Of a stretch of DNA of 64,000 bases, positions 28,017 through 41,899 are shown piece by piece. Made by a program: the position numbers and the translations under genes. Position 1 is the first letter of the stretch. Each line of letters opens with the position of its first letter. The notes under the pieces are model-generated. The model searched no databases. It was not told the origin of the DNA and saw only the letters and a list, made by a program, of their open reading frames with translations. This stretch comes from Octopus vulgaris (lineage: Eukaryota), in assembly GCA_951406725.2 (NCBI GenBank), contig OX597829.1, forward strand, positions 15,810,001-15,874,000. Reading direction: 5' to 3'.

Positions 28017-28719
28017 AGGGTCTGGTAGTGCACAAAGGTAGGATATTTCCAGTGAAGCACTCAACCCGAGTTCAGAGCTATTAACCAAAATTCTTCAGGT
28101 ATAGAAAATCCTGGTTTCTCGACGGTAAAAACTGTTTGCGGGTGTAGCGAAGAGTAAGCTATAATCCAAATAAGACAAAGACTCCTTTAAGACATCTTTC
28201 ATGATTCCTTACAGCTATTTCAAACTGTTATAAACCAGTTATAAATTCTGTTTGCGACGCCAGTTTACGCGAAATTCGTAATTTTACATAAATATTACGT
28301 AAATTTTGTCTAAACTGGTATTGCGAGCAGAGTTGGTACAGACACAATTGTAACTGACCATTAAAGATATGCTAAAGTATTTCTTTGTCTTATTTGAATT
28401 ACATACACACAAACATATATACATACGCGCGCGCGCGTGTGTGTGTGTGTGGATGAATGGATGGGGGGATTCTAGCACTGGTGTCCTTAAAGTACAGTTT
28501 AAAGTCACTCCTTAAAGTACAGCCATGTTGAGGCCACCATTTCGAAATTTATAATCAATTTCATACTTATTTCATTGAAATATATATAAAGACCCCTTTC
28601 GGTCATGAATGACCATGGGATTACAACAAGAAAATTCGGCAAGATTGTCTATGGAAGACCAGCAGTCACCCATGCACACCAGCCTCTCCTCTCCACGGTT
28701 CCAGGGTCACACACACGCT

Positions 28720-28799
<80 letters not shown>

Positions 28800-29080
28800 T
28801 ATTTATGTGTGTACTTATGTATGTATTTATGTATGTCTATATATATGGGGTGAGTATATGTAGGGGCGTGTGTATGCGTTTATAATTTTCCTTTGCTAAA
28901 TTGGTTTTGCACCGAGTTAAAGTCACTCCCTAATTGCCTCTGTCCAGGGAAATACAGTAAAATTAATCAGTATTAATCTGGAGACTTTTAGCCAATGGCG
29001 CTGGTGTCCACGAATTGACACATTCTAATGTTATAAAATAAACAACTTCTTGGGAATTCCCTCTCTCTCTCTCTCTTTCT

Positions 29081-29112
<32 letters not shown>

Positions 29113-29126
29113 CTCTCTCTCTCTCC

Positions 29127-29186
<60 letters not shown>

Positions 29187-29721
29187 ATCGTAATATCTCA
29201 CCATCAGTTATCCATCTAAACAGTCGTGAAACAGTTGAATTAATTACTTCTCTTGTAAGTAAAAATTTTGCCTGTTTTAACCGTTTGAATAATGTAAAGT
29301 TTATTCAATGAAGCCTTCCATCAGAATTTGACACGACTTGTATTAACCTAAACAGAGTGAAGTAGTCATTTAATCCGTGTCGAATATTTAAATGTTGCTT
29401 AATTCAGACATTTATTTATTTGGCGTTAAATTTCGTATACACGAGATAATGCAGTCATCTGAGATTACAATATTATAAGAAGTCAGCCATGCCCAAACGA
29501 TTTACACTTGCAGTTAATTGCTAACAACATGATAGATGATTAAAAGGAGTGGGGGGAAATGAAGAGACTTAGTATACACGTTGTTTAGTTTTATTCAATC
29601 CACGAAGTGAAACTGATAATTAGAACTTAATTATCATAGGCTTTTTTAGGTGAGAATCTCGTCTACTGTCACACAAAGTACAAGACAATCAACTACGTGA
29701 TGTATCAAAGTAATATCTACG

Positions 29722-29756
<35 letters not shown>

Positions 29757-29884
29757 TGTACACATATATTTGGCAGAGTTTGAAAAGAGTTTGTCATGGT
29801 TGGAATGCCTTTGATCATAGAGCTGCTCAATCCAAGCTGACCTGGCTTAAATAACTACTACTACTTCTACTACTACTACAACTT

Positions 29885-29919
<35 letters not shown>

Positions 29920-30002
29920 GCTGCTACTACTACTACTTCTACTACTACTACTACTACTACTGCTACTACTACTACTACTTCTACTACTACTACAACTTCT
30001 AT

Positions 30003-30040
<38 letters not shown>

Positions 30041-30974
30041 TCATCAGCAGCAGCAGCCCTTCAAGAGTTTGGACCGGGAGATCTCCATTTCCAGCGACTT
30101 CGAGGGCCACCTCCAAGTGGTTGTCGGGCGTCAACGAAGAGCCCTCGACTACAACAAGACGACCAAAGTTTTTTTCCAAGGTTTGGGGTCTACCGCCCCT
30201 AAGCCCTAGACCATCCCCTAATCACCCTTACTCGTCTTGTTGCTTAACAACAAAAACAACAACAGCTGCAGCAGCAGAATCGCTAATATGCTGAGTATAA
30301 GGGTCTTATTGCATTTGTTCCAGTTGGAGTGATTCTGAGTTCAAATCTCACTAAGGTCAATCTTGATATTTAATTCTTTAGGGAAAATAAACTAAATTCC
30401 AGTCCAAAATGGATCGGCAGCATTGCTAAATCCTCATAATGGAAATTTTGCAACACTTGTTCCGCCTCTTTGTGATGTAGCTGCAACCTTGATCAAATGC
30501 GATTTATTCTTTTCGATGTTGTTAGTATGTCAAAGACAGCATTTATAAATCTGGTAAATGTAATTTTTTAAAATGGTAGGATGTATTTTGATGGAGCTTT
30601 AGATACTGTTTCTAAGATGTTTAGCAACCATATAGAGTATTATTCTCATTGATACCAACCAGTTCGGTTTTTGATTCATTACGATCGCACTTCCTTCAAA
30701 TCGGGCAGCACCATCTTTAAAAAAAATGGAAAACCCACTGGAACAAGGTAACACCTGATATGTAAACAGACGAGACGGTCACAGTTGGAATGCTTTTAAT
30801 CTTAATAGATCTATTTAAGCAGGGTTGACTCGGGGTTTCATGACGATACCCACTACCGTCATCTTCACCACCGCCACACAAATTATGTGGTTCGAGATAC
30901 ATAAAGAAAAAAAAGAGGCTGTATTTCCATGGCCGGGATATATTTGGTCATAGGTCGGTTAGTAGTAGTAGAAA

Positions 30975-31200
30975 CGAGCTGGCAGAAACGTTAGCACGCG
31001 GGCAAAATGCTTAGCGGTGTTTCGTCTGCTGTTACGTTCTGAGTTCAAATTCCACTGACGTCGACTTTGCCTTTCATCCTTTCGGGGTCGACAAATTAAG
31101 TACAGTTACGCACTGGGATCGATATAATCGATTTAATCCGTTTGTCTGTCCTTGTTTGTCTTCTCTGTGTTTAGCCCCTTGTGGGTTGTAAAGAAATAAG
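30975..31200 (+). mobile_element. SINE family S1
   Basis: GAGCTGGCAGAAACGTTAGC..GAGTTCAAATTCC..GTCGACTTTGCCTTTCATCCTTTCGGGGTCGA. Confidence 0.85.
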
Positions 31201-31564
31201 TAGTAGTAGTAGTGCCATTTGTAGTTGATTCCTTACTTCTGGCGGATGACACCTTTGCATCACCCAGGCGGCAACTGTCCAGACCATGGACCTGTTTGGG
31301 GTAGTTGTTGCTGATGAAGATTTTTTTTCTGAGGTCGGAGTGCAAATCCTACCTCAACCTCTTTTAGTCGCTCTTTTCTGACACGCAGAGGAGACGTTGC
31401 GTCCGTTCTTTGACTTGCCGCTCCTCCACAACGCAGTCGGTTAAGGTTAGGGTTTAGGGTTAACTTGGTTAAATAACTACCACTGCAACAACCATTCCAT
31501 CCTCAGCTACTGCTACTGCACTCTTCCCTACTACTACTGTTGCATACTACTGATGCTGTTGCTG

Positions 31565-31935
31565 TTGAGCGAACGGTCTTCATCCCAGAGCTCGCAAGAT
31601 GGGAGAAGTCCGAAACGTGGTCCTTTGCTATTCTTAAGACCCGCAGAAGACAAAGCAGGTCAACCACCGACACCGAGAGCATCGACGGATGGATGAATGA
31701 GCATCCAGGCTCAGCGGTTGCGTAGGAAGTCGGGGACAAGAAACAGAAAGAAAGAGTGAGAGAAAGTTGGAGCGAATGAGTACAACAGGGGTCGCCACCA
31801 CCCCCTGCCGGAGATTCGTGGAGATTTAGGTGTTTTTCGCTCAATAAACACATACAACGCCCGGTCTGGGAATCGAAACCGCAATCCTCCGACCGCGAGT
31901 CCGCTGCCCTAACCACTGGGCCATTGCGCCTCCAC
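31565..31935 (-). mobile_element. tRNA-derived SINE, local group S3, head A
   Basis: Minus strand GGAGGCGCAATGGCCCAGTGGTTAGGGCAGCGGACTCGCGGTCGG..GTTTCGATTCCCAGACCGGGCG; matches heads at 51395 and 60241. Confidence 0.85.
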
Positions 31936-32004
31936 TGTTGCTGCTACTGATGCTTCTGCGACTGATACTTCTGTTGCTGTTCCTGTAACTACTACCACTC
32001 ATTG

Positions 32005-32330
32005 AGTGGCACTCCGTCAGTTACATCAACAAGGGTTCCAGGGGATCCAATCAACGGAACTGCCTGCTCGTGGAATTAATGGGCAAGTGGCTGAGCACTC
32101 CACAAACACCGTCTACTCTTAACATCGATTTCAGAGAGATTCAATGTGACAGAGTGTAACAAGGCTGACCCTTTTGAAATACACGTACAACTCATTTTTT
32201 GCCTGCTGAGTGAACTGGAGTAACACGAAATAAGATGTCTTGCTGGAGGATACATTGCGCTGCCAGGAATCGAACCCACGACCTAATGATCGCGAGCCTA
32301 ATACCCTAACCACTAAGCCACGCGCCTTCA
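32005..32330 (-). mobile_element. tRNA-derived SINE, group S3, head B
   Basis: A box TGGCTTAGTGG, B box GGTTCGATTCC; body shared with 35925-36230 and 51605-51705. Confidence 0.8.
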
Positions 32331-33759
32331 CTACCGCTACTACCATAAAACTTCTACAACTAAAATGACTGCTGCTATTGCTGTTACTTTTACTATCATA
32401 CTTTTTAGAGAGAGGAGCTAGTGGATACCAATAACTCCAGTACTTGATTAGTACTCTATTTTATCGACTCCGAAAAAGTAAAAGGCAAAGCAAGACTTTG
32501 GAAGGATTTGAACTTAAAAGAGTGAAGCGAATACTGCAAAGAATTCTTTACCGACGATCTAAGCGTTCTACCAATAACGATATTTTCCCACCACGACCAC
32601 CACTACTACCACCTCCAATAAATTATCAATCCATAAAATATGATGAATGAAATGTTATGATTTTGTCAAAATATCGGAGTGATGACAGCGAAATTTCAAG
32701 ATCGATCTATTATTAGATTTCATTTTCAAAGAATTATTCCCTCAATTCCTTTGATATACATGTCATGTTATTTATTTCATTTATTTTATTTATTTTATTT
32801 TATTTTATTTTATTTTCCTTTTTGCTGAGTTTTCAATGTTTTGGATTGGCACCATGCAATACAAAAATAGCAGAAAAATGGTAGAAAGAATATAATGTCG
32901 GGTAAATTTATCTTCGGGTATTTGTTAACTTTGTTGCAACTGTTGATTATTACAATTGTTGTTGTTGATGTTGCTGCTGCTGCTATTGTTGTTTTGATGA
33001 TCATGGTCGTAATGATAGTGGTGGTACTGCTGCTGGTGGTGATGAGGGTGATGACGACGATGATCATAATGACAATGATGATGATGATAATACCGACGAC
33101 GGCTAACATGACGATGATAATGATGTTACGATCCAAGACTTACCTAGTCAAGTAGACGATTGATTAAAGGTATTCCATCAGTGACCATCCCTCCTTATTT
33201 TTTTACGTGTAGTGAACCTAGGGCTACACTAATCAAATAAGATCCTTATAAAAGGATAGGTGTGATTTGATAGATATCTGACTGTTTTTTCTAGCAAGGC
33301 GGGTAACATGTATAAACTCTTTGTATTTTTATGCGATAAATTAAAAATGCTGCCAGTTGTTAAATTGGCTTTTCATCTCTCTTGTAACCATAAAATAAGT
33401 TTCAATAATGTACCGGAATCGATTCAGTCGACCATATTTCTTCCTTACAAATGTATTTGTCTTTTGCCAATATAAAGAATCAATACCATGAAGGAAATGT
33501 GATGTATCTGGCTTAATTCGGAAAAATGTAACAAATGAAAATGAAATGGAAAAGAAATTTATTCTGCGACCAGTTTGTTAAAAATTTCCTGAACATATGA
33601 TAGCGGAACGAAGTATTTCTCTCAAAATAGTTTCTAATACTGAAAATATACCTCCTAAGCTCTTCTCCGTTGACCCCCCATTGCTTTAATAGCGAATAAA
33701 TTAACAAAAATATCAGAAATTACAACTAATTCCCCATTTCAGTGAAAGAACATTGTAAC

Positions 33760-33878
<119 letters not shown>

Positions 33879-33916
33879 CAGACAGACCGACAGATACATA
33901 CATACATACATACATA

Positions 33917-33953
<37 letters not shown>

Positions 33954-34134
33954 TATACATACATATATATATATTCATATTTATATATATATATATTTAT
34001 ACATTTATAAATATATATATAGATGCATAAATATATCTATAAATATATATATATATATGAATATATATATATATATACATATATGATTATATATATATGA
34101 ACATATATATACATATATGAATATATATATGAAC

Positions 34135-34174
<40 letters not shown>

Positions 34175-34302
34175 GAATATATATATATATGAATATATAC
34201 ATATATATTTATAAATATATATATACATATATATGTATATATATGTGTGTGTATGTGTATATATATATGTGTGTGTGTGTATGTATATATATATTTCAGT
34301 AA

Positions 34303-34487
34303 GACGGTGAGCTGGTTGAATGCTTGGCGGTATTTCGCCCGTCGTTTGTTCTGGGTTTAAATTCCACCGATGTTGTCTTTGCCTTTCATCTTTTCGGGGG
34401 TCGATAAAATAAGTACCGTTTGAGCATTAGAACCGACGTAATCGGCTTACCCCAACCCCCAAAATTGTTAGCCTTGTGCCAAAATTT
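34303..34487 (+). mobile_element. Degenerate S1 SINE
   Basis: CTTTGCCTTTCATCTTTTCGGGGGTCGATAAAATAAGTACC core. Confidence 0.7.
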
Positions 34488-34648
34488 AAATATCTATATA
34501 TTTCAGTTCATTTCCATTCATGTTAGAATGCATTATGATTTTTAGTAGTACAGTTTAACATTTGTTAGTCTTTGTTAGTTTATAAAATTCTTTAACTATT
34601 TTTTTTATTTTAATTTCTTTAATGATTCTTTTATGATCAGAATGATTG

Positions 34649-34709
<61 letters not shown>

Positions 34710-34712
<3 letters not shown>

Positions 34713-34915
34713 ACTCTCTTTACTTGTTTCAGTCATTTGACTGTGGCCATGCTGGAGCACTGCGTTTAATCGAGCGACTCGACCCCGGTACTTATTCTTT
34801 GTAAGCCCAGTACTTATTCTATCGGTTTCTTTTGTCGAACCGCTAAGTAACGGGGACATAAACACACCAGCGTCGGTTGTCAAGCAATGCTAGGGGGACA
34901 AACACAGACACACAA

Positions 34916-34948
<33 letters not shown>

Positions 34949-35118
34949 CATATATACGACGGGCTTCTTTCAGTTTCCGTCTACCAAATCCACTCACAAG
35001 GCTTTGGTTGGCCCGAGGCTATAGTAGAAGACACTTGCCCAAGGTGCCACGCAGTTGGACTGAACCCGGAACCATGTGGTTGGTAAACAAGCTACTTACC
35101 ACACAGCCACTCCTGCGC
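34710..35118 (-). mobile_element. Complete SINE family S2 with internal (CA)n(TA)n
   Basis: Minus-strand head GCGCAGGAGTGGCTGTGTGGTAAG..GGGTTCAGTCC..ACCTTGGGCAAGTG; near-identical to 39785-40212. Confidence 0.88.
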
Positions 35119-35439
35119 TATAAAATTATATTAATAGAGTCTTATTCATTCATAGCCGGCGAGCTAGTAGAATCGTTTTCCCGCCGGGTACAATGCTTTA
35201 CAATGCTTAGCGGTTTTACGTTCTGAGCTCAAATTCCGCTGTGGTTGACTCCCTCTTTCGTTCTCTCGGGGTGGGGGTCGATAAAATATGTACCATTTAA
35301 GCACTGGAATCGATGTAGTCGACTTAAATCCTACCATAATTTGAAATCAATTGTATACTAATTCCAATGGAAAACAAAAAAATATACCAGCTAAAAGACA
35401 ACATTGAAAATAAACATGTTGAAATAAATATGTTGAGCA

Positions 35440-35680
35440 ATATGACCACAGAATGCTGAAAGCACAAGTTCCGTTGCTTCGGACAGGTCTCAAGTATCTC
35501 AGACAACAGATGGACCGAAGCAGTTTCCGGATGGTATCGAAGAGATATGAAAACATGGCTGGGAGGCCGCCACAATGATGGGAGTAAGATTTAGTCAAAC
35601 AGTAAGATGGAAAAGTATGGTGCGATTAAGAAAAGATTGAAAGTGCATTGTGACTAGCGATGTACAACAGTAGCTGATAG
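35440..35680 (+). pseudogene. Degenerate RTE-clade LINE C-terminal remnant
   Basis: KFRCFGQVSSISDNRWTEAVSGWYRRD..GRPPQ*W resembles the RTE WAGHVAR..DNRWT..EW.PR..GRP..RW motif. Confidence 0.6.
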
Positions 35681-35924
35681 TCTAGTTTATGTACATACAG
35701 TGATGTGTGTGTATGTGTGTGTGTGTGTGTGTGTGCGTGTGTGTGTTTGTGTGTGTGTGTGTGTCTGCTTCGTTTTTGTATTTAGTTTGCAAGATCCTTG
35801 ATGTGAATTTTCGTGTGTTGAAAGAAATCATGTCATCCTTGAGAGGGTCATTACGCCAATAATGATAAATATGCGCACTGATTTAATATCACTTCTTTAA
35901 TGAAGTGGGGCTTCTTGCTTTCGG

Positions 35925-36230
35925 TTACGACGGCAAATGTTTCAGTTTATCCGATCACTGGAACAAGTTGCTCATGAAATTAACATGCAAGGGGCTAAGA
36001 ATTCTACAGACACGCATGCATTTAACGTAGTTCTCAGGAAGGTTCAGCGTGACACGGAATGTGACAAGGTCAGCCCTTTTCAATTACAGATACTATACAT
36101 TTTTGCCAGCTGAGTGAACCGGAACAACTTGAAACAGAGTGTCTTGCCGAAGGACACAACGCATCGCTGGTCGTTGATCTCACGACCTAACTCTATTGAG
36201 CCAAATATCTAAGCCACGCCTTCGCCATAA
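35925..36230 (-). mobile_element. Degenerate S3 head-B SINE
   Basis: Homologous to 32005-32330 along its length. Confidence 0.7.
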
Positions 36231-36272
36231 ATCTGTGCGTGTGTGTATGTGTGTGTGTGCGTGTGTGCGCGC

Positions 36273-36331
<59 letters not shown>

Positions 36332-36608
36332 TGTGTGTGTGAGTGTGTGTCTGTGTGTATGTGTGTATGTGTGTGTGTGTGAGTGTGAAATTTAGAAAAT
36401 ATTTTGGATGAAATAACAATATTTGAAAAGATAAGTTTTCAATTTAAAATTATTAATTATATTTAAGATAATTGTTTCAATTTCAAAAAATATTGTTTCC
36501 ATTTATGTGTGTGTGTGAGCGTATATATATATGTGTGTATGAGTGTGTGTGTGTGTGTGTGTGTGTGTTCATGCGCGTGTCTATACACGCATGTATCTAT
36601 ATACGTAC

Positions 36609-36653
<45 letters not shown>

Positions 36654-36674
36654 CATATGCATATATACATATAC

Positions 36675-36728
<54 letters not shown>

Positions 36729-36861
36729 ATACATACACATTTTCATAAACGCTTACACACACAAACATACATTTGTATGATATATATGTATGTATGTATA
36801 TATATATATACATACATATACATATATATATACATATACATATATATATACATATTTATAT

Positions 36862-36932
<71 letters not shown>

Positions 36933-37098
36933 CGCCATACATATGGCAGTCATATACATATATATTAATAGTTATCGCCATACTTATATGGCAGTCTTAT
37001 AAATATAAGACTAAAGTATGGCGATAACTATTAATTTCCAGTAACGCTGCCGTAATCTCCTTTACAGAGACTTAGTAATTTTAGTATTTCTATTAGAA

Positions 37099-37156
<58 letters not shown>

Positions 37157-37198
37157 AGATGCTATGGTCATACTGAGATACATATAATGAAGGTAAAT

Positions 37199-37256
<58 letters not shown>

Positions 37257-37862
37257 ATTAACACGTACGCTTAGACATATAAACGCATGAAAATATATAT
37301 ATATATATATATATAACAGAAGACATTTGCTTAATGTTTAATATGTTACGCGCTGAGATAGAACGCATAACCGTGCACTTTCAAAACAAACAACACTTTA
37401 ACCAACACCATACACCACCAGGCCATTTATACACTTATTTACAACGATTGTTTTTCCTGTTGAGCACTTAACCACCGGGTCATCTTAATCTCTGGGTAGC
37501 TTCTGTTAACCATATTTGTCACTTGTTAAGAATATAATTCTCTCTGTGTGCTATGCATGGAGGTTATATAATTGTTAGTCTTTGAAATTATATTGTTTTT
37601 GCTGCAGTTATTGATAGAATGTGGCAACAATATTTACACAAAGGTTTACGGCTAATGCTGGTTGACAAGCAGTAAGTATTTATTGTCATTGCACGGTCGT
37701 GGTTACTTGAGGTTGTCATACTAAAATATCTTTCTGACTACTAAATATGTGAACGTCTACAAGGTAGAATATATCTATATATATATATGCTTGTATGTAT
37801 TTATTTATGTATGTATGCATGTATGTCTGTGTATACATACACACAAACATGCATATGTGTAT

Positions 37863-37928
<66 letters not shown>

Positions 37929-38270
37929 ATATATATACATAATACATATATACATTCACAATCATACATGTGCACGTACATGCATATGTGTGTGTGTGTG
38001 TGTTATATAAAGATACATACGTTAGAGTAGAAGGTAATTTGGTGGGGACACACAAAGACACGTACATGCACATACATACACACATACACACACATGTTTA
38101 CATATAAACATCGGCTCATATATACATTTATATATAAGCGATCAAAAGATTTACATACACATGTGTATACACATGACTTACATACAAATGTGTAGTACAT
38201 ACACATTTTCATAAACGCTTACACACACACACATACATTTGTATGATATATATGTATCTATGTATGTATG

Positions 38271-38315
<45 letters not shown>

Positions 38316-38319
38316 GTTT

Positions 38320-38590
38320 AAATATTTGTTGTGCAAGATTTTTTATGTGAAGTCGTGTGTTGAAACAGATATTGTTATATTTCGGAATGGTCATATTGCC
38401 AGTTTAGCCAATAAAAACACACGCACTATATATTTGGTGTTATTTTGCTTCAGTGATATTTATTTTTTACATTAATCTTAATCTTATTTCGGCCAAAGTT
38501 CTTTCGTCACACTCCTGTGACCGCATCAGTGGTCCTTTGTTTTCTTCTCACTTACTTGTGTCTCTCCTTACTAACCGTCAGCCATTTTGT
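38320..38590 (-). mobile_element. HHR-core-bearing repeat (local family C)
   Basis: Matches 62704-62921; minus strand CCA-CTGATGC-GGTCA..TGGCC-GAAA. Confidence 0.7.
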
Positions 38591-38714
38591 ATTTCTGTAG
38601 AAGAGCGTAAGCTCGAAACGTAAAAGACTTTTTCTATTCCTGAGCGTTATATTAATACATTTGTTTGTTTTGTATACCACCTGTCTTCGTCTTTTGTTTT
38701 TTGCGTAAACTTTC

Positions 38715-38718
<4 letters not shown>
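38591..38718 (+). mobile_element. PLE pLTR 3' fragment with A6U hammerhead motif (38592-38625)
   Basis: TTT-CTGTAGA-A-GAGCGTAAGCTC-GAAA-CG-TA-AAAG followed by sequence homologous to 18410-18510, then (TA)n. Confidence 0.75.
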
Positions 38719-38770
<52 letters not shown>

Positions 38771-39399
38771 GCGTATGGATGCATGCATGCATGCATTATT
38801 CAGTATTATTTGAAGATTTCTTGCCAATAGAGAAAGAGCCGGTTTCTAACCTATATCCAAGGCCTCTTCATCGGAATTTTAACATCAGCAATAGGATACG
38901 TTTGTATGTATGTACGATTTTATCTACTTCTCAAAGGTAGGCATGCATTCTTAGCTACAAGCGTGTTTATGAATGCGCCCTGTCTACTTACGTGGTATCC
39001 TGCATGATCTCTCGTGTACCTTGTGTAGCAAAATGTGTGGGTCGGTCAGTGAACTTACTCGACATTGTAGGACTCAACAAAATCAAGGATGGTCAGCAAG
39101 TTACTGGAAGAGTTAATAGAGATTGGTCTGAAATAATTTGTTTCTTGCAGGACTTAGGAGTCATGATACGTCACCAATGATAGAGAAACCAACTTCAAAG
39201 GAATGGGGGCAAGTAGGTGGTCTTAGTCGGTCACAAGACGATTTCCACCACATTTTTATGCGTCTACGTATATGTGCGCTAGCGCTTCGTGAGATGTGTG
39301 TGTATGTGTATGCGTGTATGCGTGCGTGTCTTCTATTTTTAATTATTTAAATTCTTCGTCTTAAGAAGCAGCTGGTTTTTAACAAAGATACGAAGATCT

Positions 39400-39755
39400 A
39401 TCGTCGGAATGCAGATAACAGAAAGAATTTCATTTTGTTCTTGAGAAAAGTCTTGCATATTTTTGCTACTCTACTAATAGATTGTATTTGAAATGTGCGA
39501 CTTAGCTAGTTGATTTCTTTTTCTGGAATGTCTAGCCTTTCTATATTGTCACTTTGGCATTAACTATGAAGACCAAATGCATCAATTGTTATTGGCACAG
39601 ATGTGAATATATAATCTGAATATAGAAGCTGGAGTTTTCATACCAGTTGTCCATAGTTATCCCCTTCCGCTTTGATTTTTGTAGGCGACGTTCACATCAG
39701 GTGGGCAACTGACCTCCAAGACGGTACATATTATTCTTTGTCTGTCTCAAACAAC
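39400..39755 (-). pseudogene. Degenerate RLE-type (R4/NeSL-like) LINE endonuclease end
   Basis: DRQRIICTVLEVSCPPDVNV..NYGQLV*KLQLLYSDYIFTSVPITIDAFG resembles RLE C-termini. Confidence 0.6.
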
Positions 39756-39784
39756 AATATACGATCTATGTATGCATAATATAC

Positions 39785-40212
39785 TCTTTACTCTTTTACT
39801 TGTTTCAGTCATTTGACTGCGGCCATGCTGGAGCACCGCCTTTAGTCGAGCAAATTGACTCCCAGGACTTATTCTTTGTAATCCGAGTACTTATTCTATC
39901 GGTCTCTTTTTGCCGACCCGCTAAGTTACGGGGACGTAAACACACCACCATCGTTTGTCAAGTGATATTGGGGGACAAACACAGACACACAATCATACAC
40001 ACACACACACATACCCACACACACACATATATATACATACATATATACGACGGGCTTCTTTCAGTTTCCGTCTACCAAATCCACTCACAAGGCTTTGGTT
40101 GGCCCGAGGCTATAGTAGAAGACACTTGCCCAAGGTGACACGCAGTGGGACTGAACCCGGAAACCATGTGGTTGGTAAGCAAGCTACTTACCACACAGCA
40201 ACTCCTGCGCCT
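39785..40212 (-). mobile_element. Complete SINE family S2
   Basis: Near-identical to 34710-35118. Confidence 0.88.
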
Positions 40213-40326
40213 ATATATGTATGAGATCAGGTATTTTAGCACATACATATGTGTGAATAGTGTAAATACTTTAAGATAAAGAAGTGAGAGAGAAGAAAGT
40301 ACTGAATACTGGAAGTATTCGTATAT

Positions 40327-41033
40327 AATCCTTTCTACAATAAGCACAAGGCCTGAAATTTCAGGGGAGGGGGACTAGTCGATTACATGGATCCCAGTGT
40401 TTCACTGGTATCTAATCTATCGACCCCGAAAGAATATGTATTTCTTTACTACCCACAAGGTGCTAAACACAGATGACACAAACAAAGACAGACAAATGGA
40501 TTAAGTCGATTATATCGACCCCAGTGCGTAACTGGTACTTAATTTATCGGTCCCGAAAGGATGAAAGGCAAAGTCGACCTCGGCGGAATTTGAACTCAGA
40601 ACGTAACGGCAGACGAAATACAGCAACGCATTTCGCCCGGTGTGCTAACGTTTCTACCAGCTGGCCGCTTTAATACCCCGAAAACCCCGAAAGAATATAA
40701 GGCATAGTCGACCCCGGTGGAATTTGAACTCAGAACGTGAAGACGGACGAAATATCGCTATGCATTTCGTCCAGCGTGCTAACGATTCTGCCAGCTTGCT
40801 GCCTTTATATAATAATAATCCTTTCTTCTATAGGCACAAGGCCTGAAATTGGTGGTGGGTGGGGCTAGTCGATTACATGGATCCCAGTGTTTCACTGGTA
40901 CTTAATTTATCGACCCCGATAGAATGAAAGGCAAAGTCGACCTCGACGGAATTTGAACTCAGAATGTAGCGACGGGCGAAATACCGCTAAGCATTTCGTT
41001 TCGTGCGCCAACGATTCTGCCAGCTCGTCGCCT
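40327..41033 (-). mobile_element. Cluster of nested/tandem S1 SINEs with two tail variants
   Basis: Repeated GTCGACCTCGGCGGAATTTGAACTCAGAAC and GCCAGCT heads ending near 40668, 40803 and 41033; one copy nested inside another. Confidence 0.85.
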
Positions 41034-41899
41034 TATCAATAATTATAATCCTTTCTAATATAGGCCAGTTTTGTCACATTCTGTCCTACGTTGAATCTCA
41101 CTGTTAAGGGTACGCTTGTTAAGGGTACGCTTGTTAAGGGTACGCTTGCCCGGCCACTTGCACATTAATTTCACAAGCAGATGTTCTGTTGATCGGATCA
41201 ACTGGAAACTCGTCGTCGTAACCGACAGAATACCAGTATTTGAAGCTCAGAGTATATAAATCATTACTCCGAGTTTATATTCTCTGACCTTCAGACAAAT
41301 ATGGAAAATATATCAAAAAATGGTACTTAACCAAAAAGTAGAAATGCTTTAATATGATAGCAAGCAATAGTTAGATATGGTTGAATATAAGAATCTTGAT
41401 GGTTAACTAAGAAAACGGCTTTCAAATATTAAGTAACAGAAGGAAGGATTTGAAGCTGGAGATGAAACAGTATATATAAGTACATGGAAAATATATATGT
41501 GGTTATGTGTATGTATTTGTATGCATGTATGTGTTAATATATATACGTATGTATGTGTTAATATAAGTATGCATGTATGTATTATGTATGTATGTACGTA
41601 TGTATGTAATTATGCATGTGTGTATACATGTATGTGTGTATACATGTATGTGTGTGTGTATGTGTGTATAGATACCTATGTAAATGGAAAGAAAATATAT
41701 AATTGCGAACGTGTAAGAAAGACTAGAGGTACAAGGAAAATATTCAAGAATATAAAAATGGAAACTTTCCAAATAACGAGAAGAGAATTAGAGCGTAAAA
41801 ATCTAATTATTCTGAAAAATCCTGGGCATTAACTGTTAGAAAGTATACAGTTACAAAGCAAATATTTAGAAGAGTATACATAATACCTAGCATACGGAT

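Noticed and set aside
31440-31465. Telomere-like GGTTAAGGTTAGGGTTTAGGGTTA
   Set aside because: Only about 3 imperfect units; insufficient to call an interstitial telomere or Helentron-type element
38990-39080. C2H2-like peptide CTLCSKMCGSVSELTRHCRTQ as a host zinc-finger exon
   Set aside because: Single degenerate finger without linkers; more likely the C-terminus of an old RTE-type LINE, too weak to annotate
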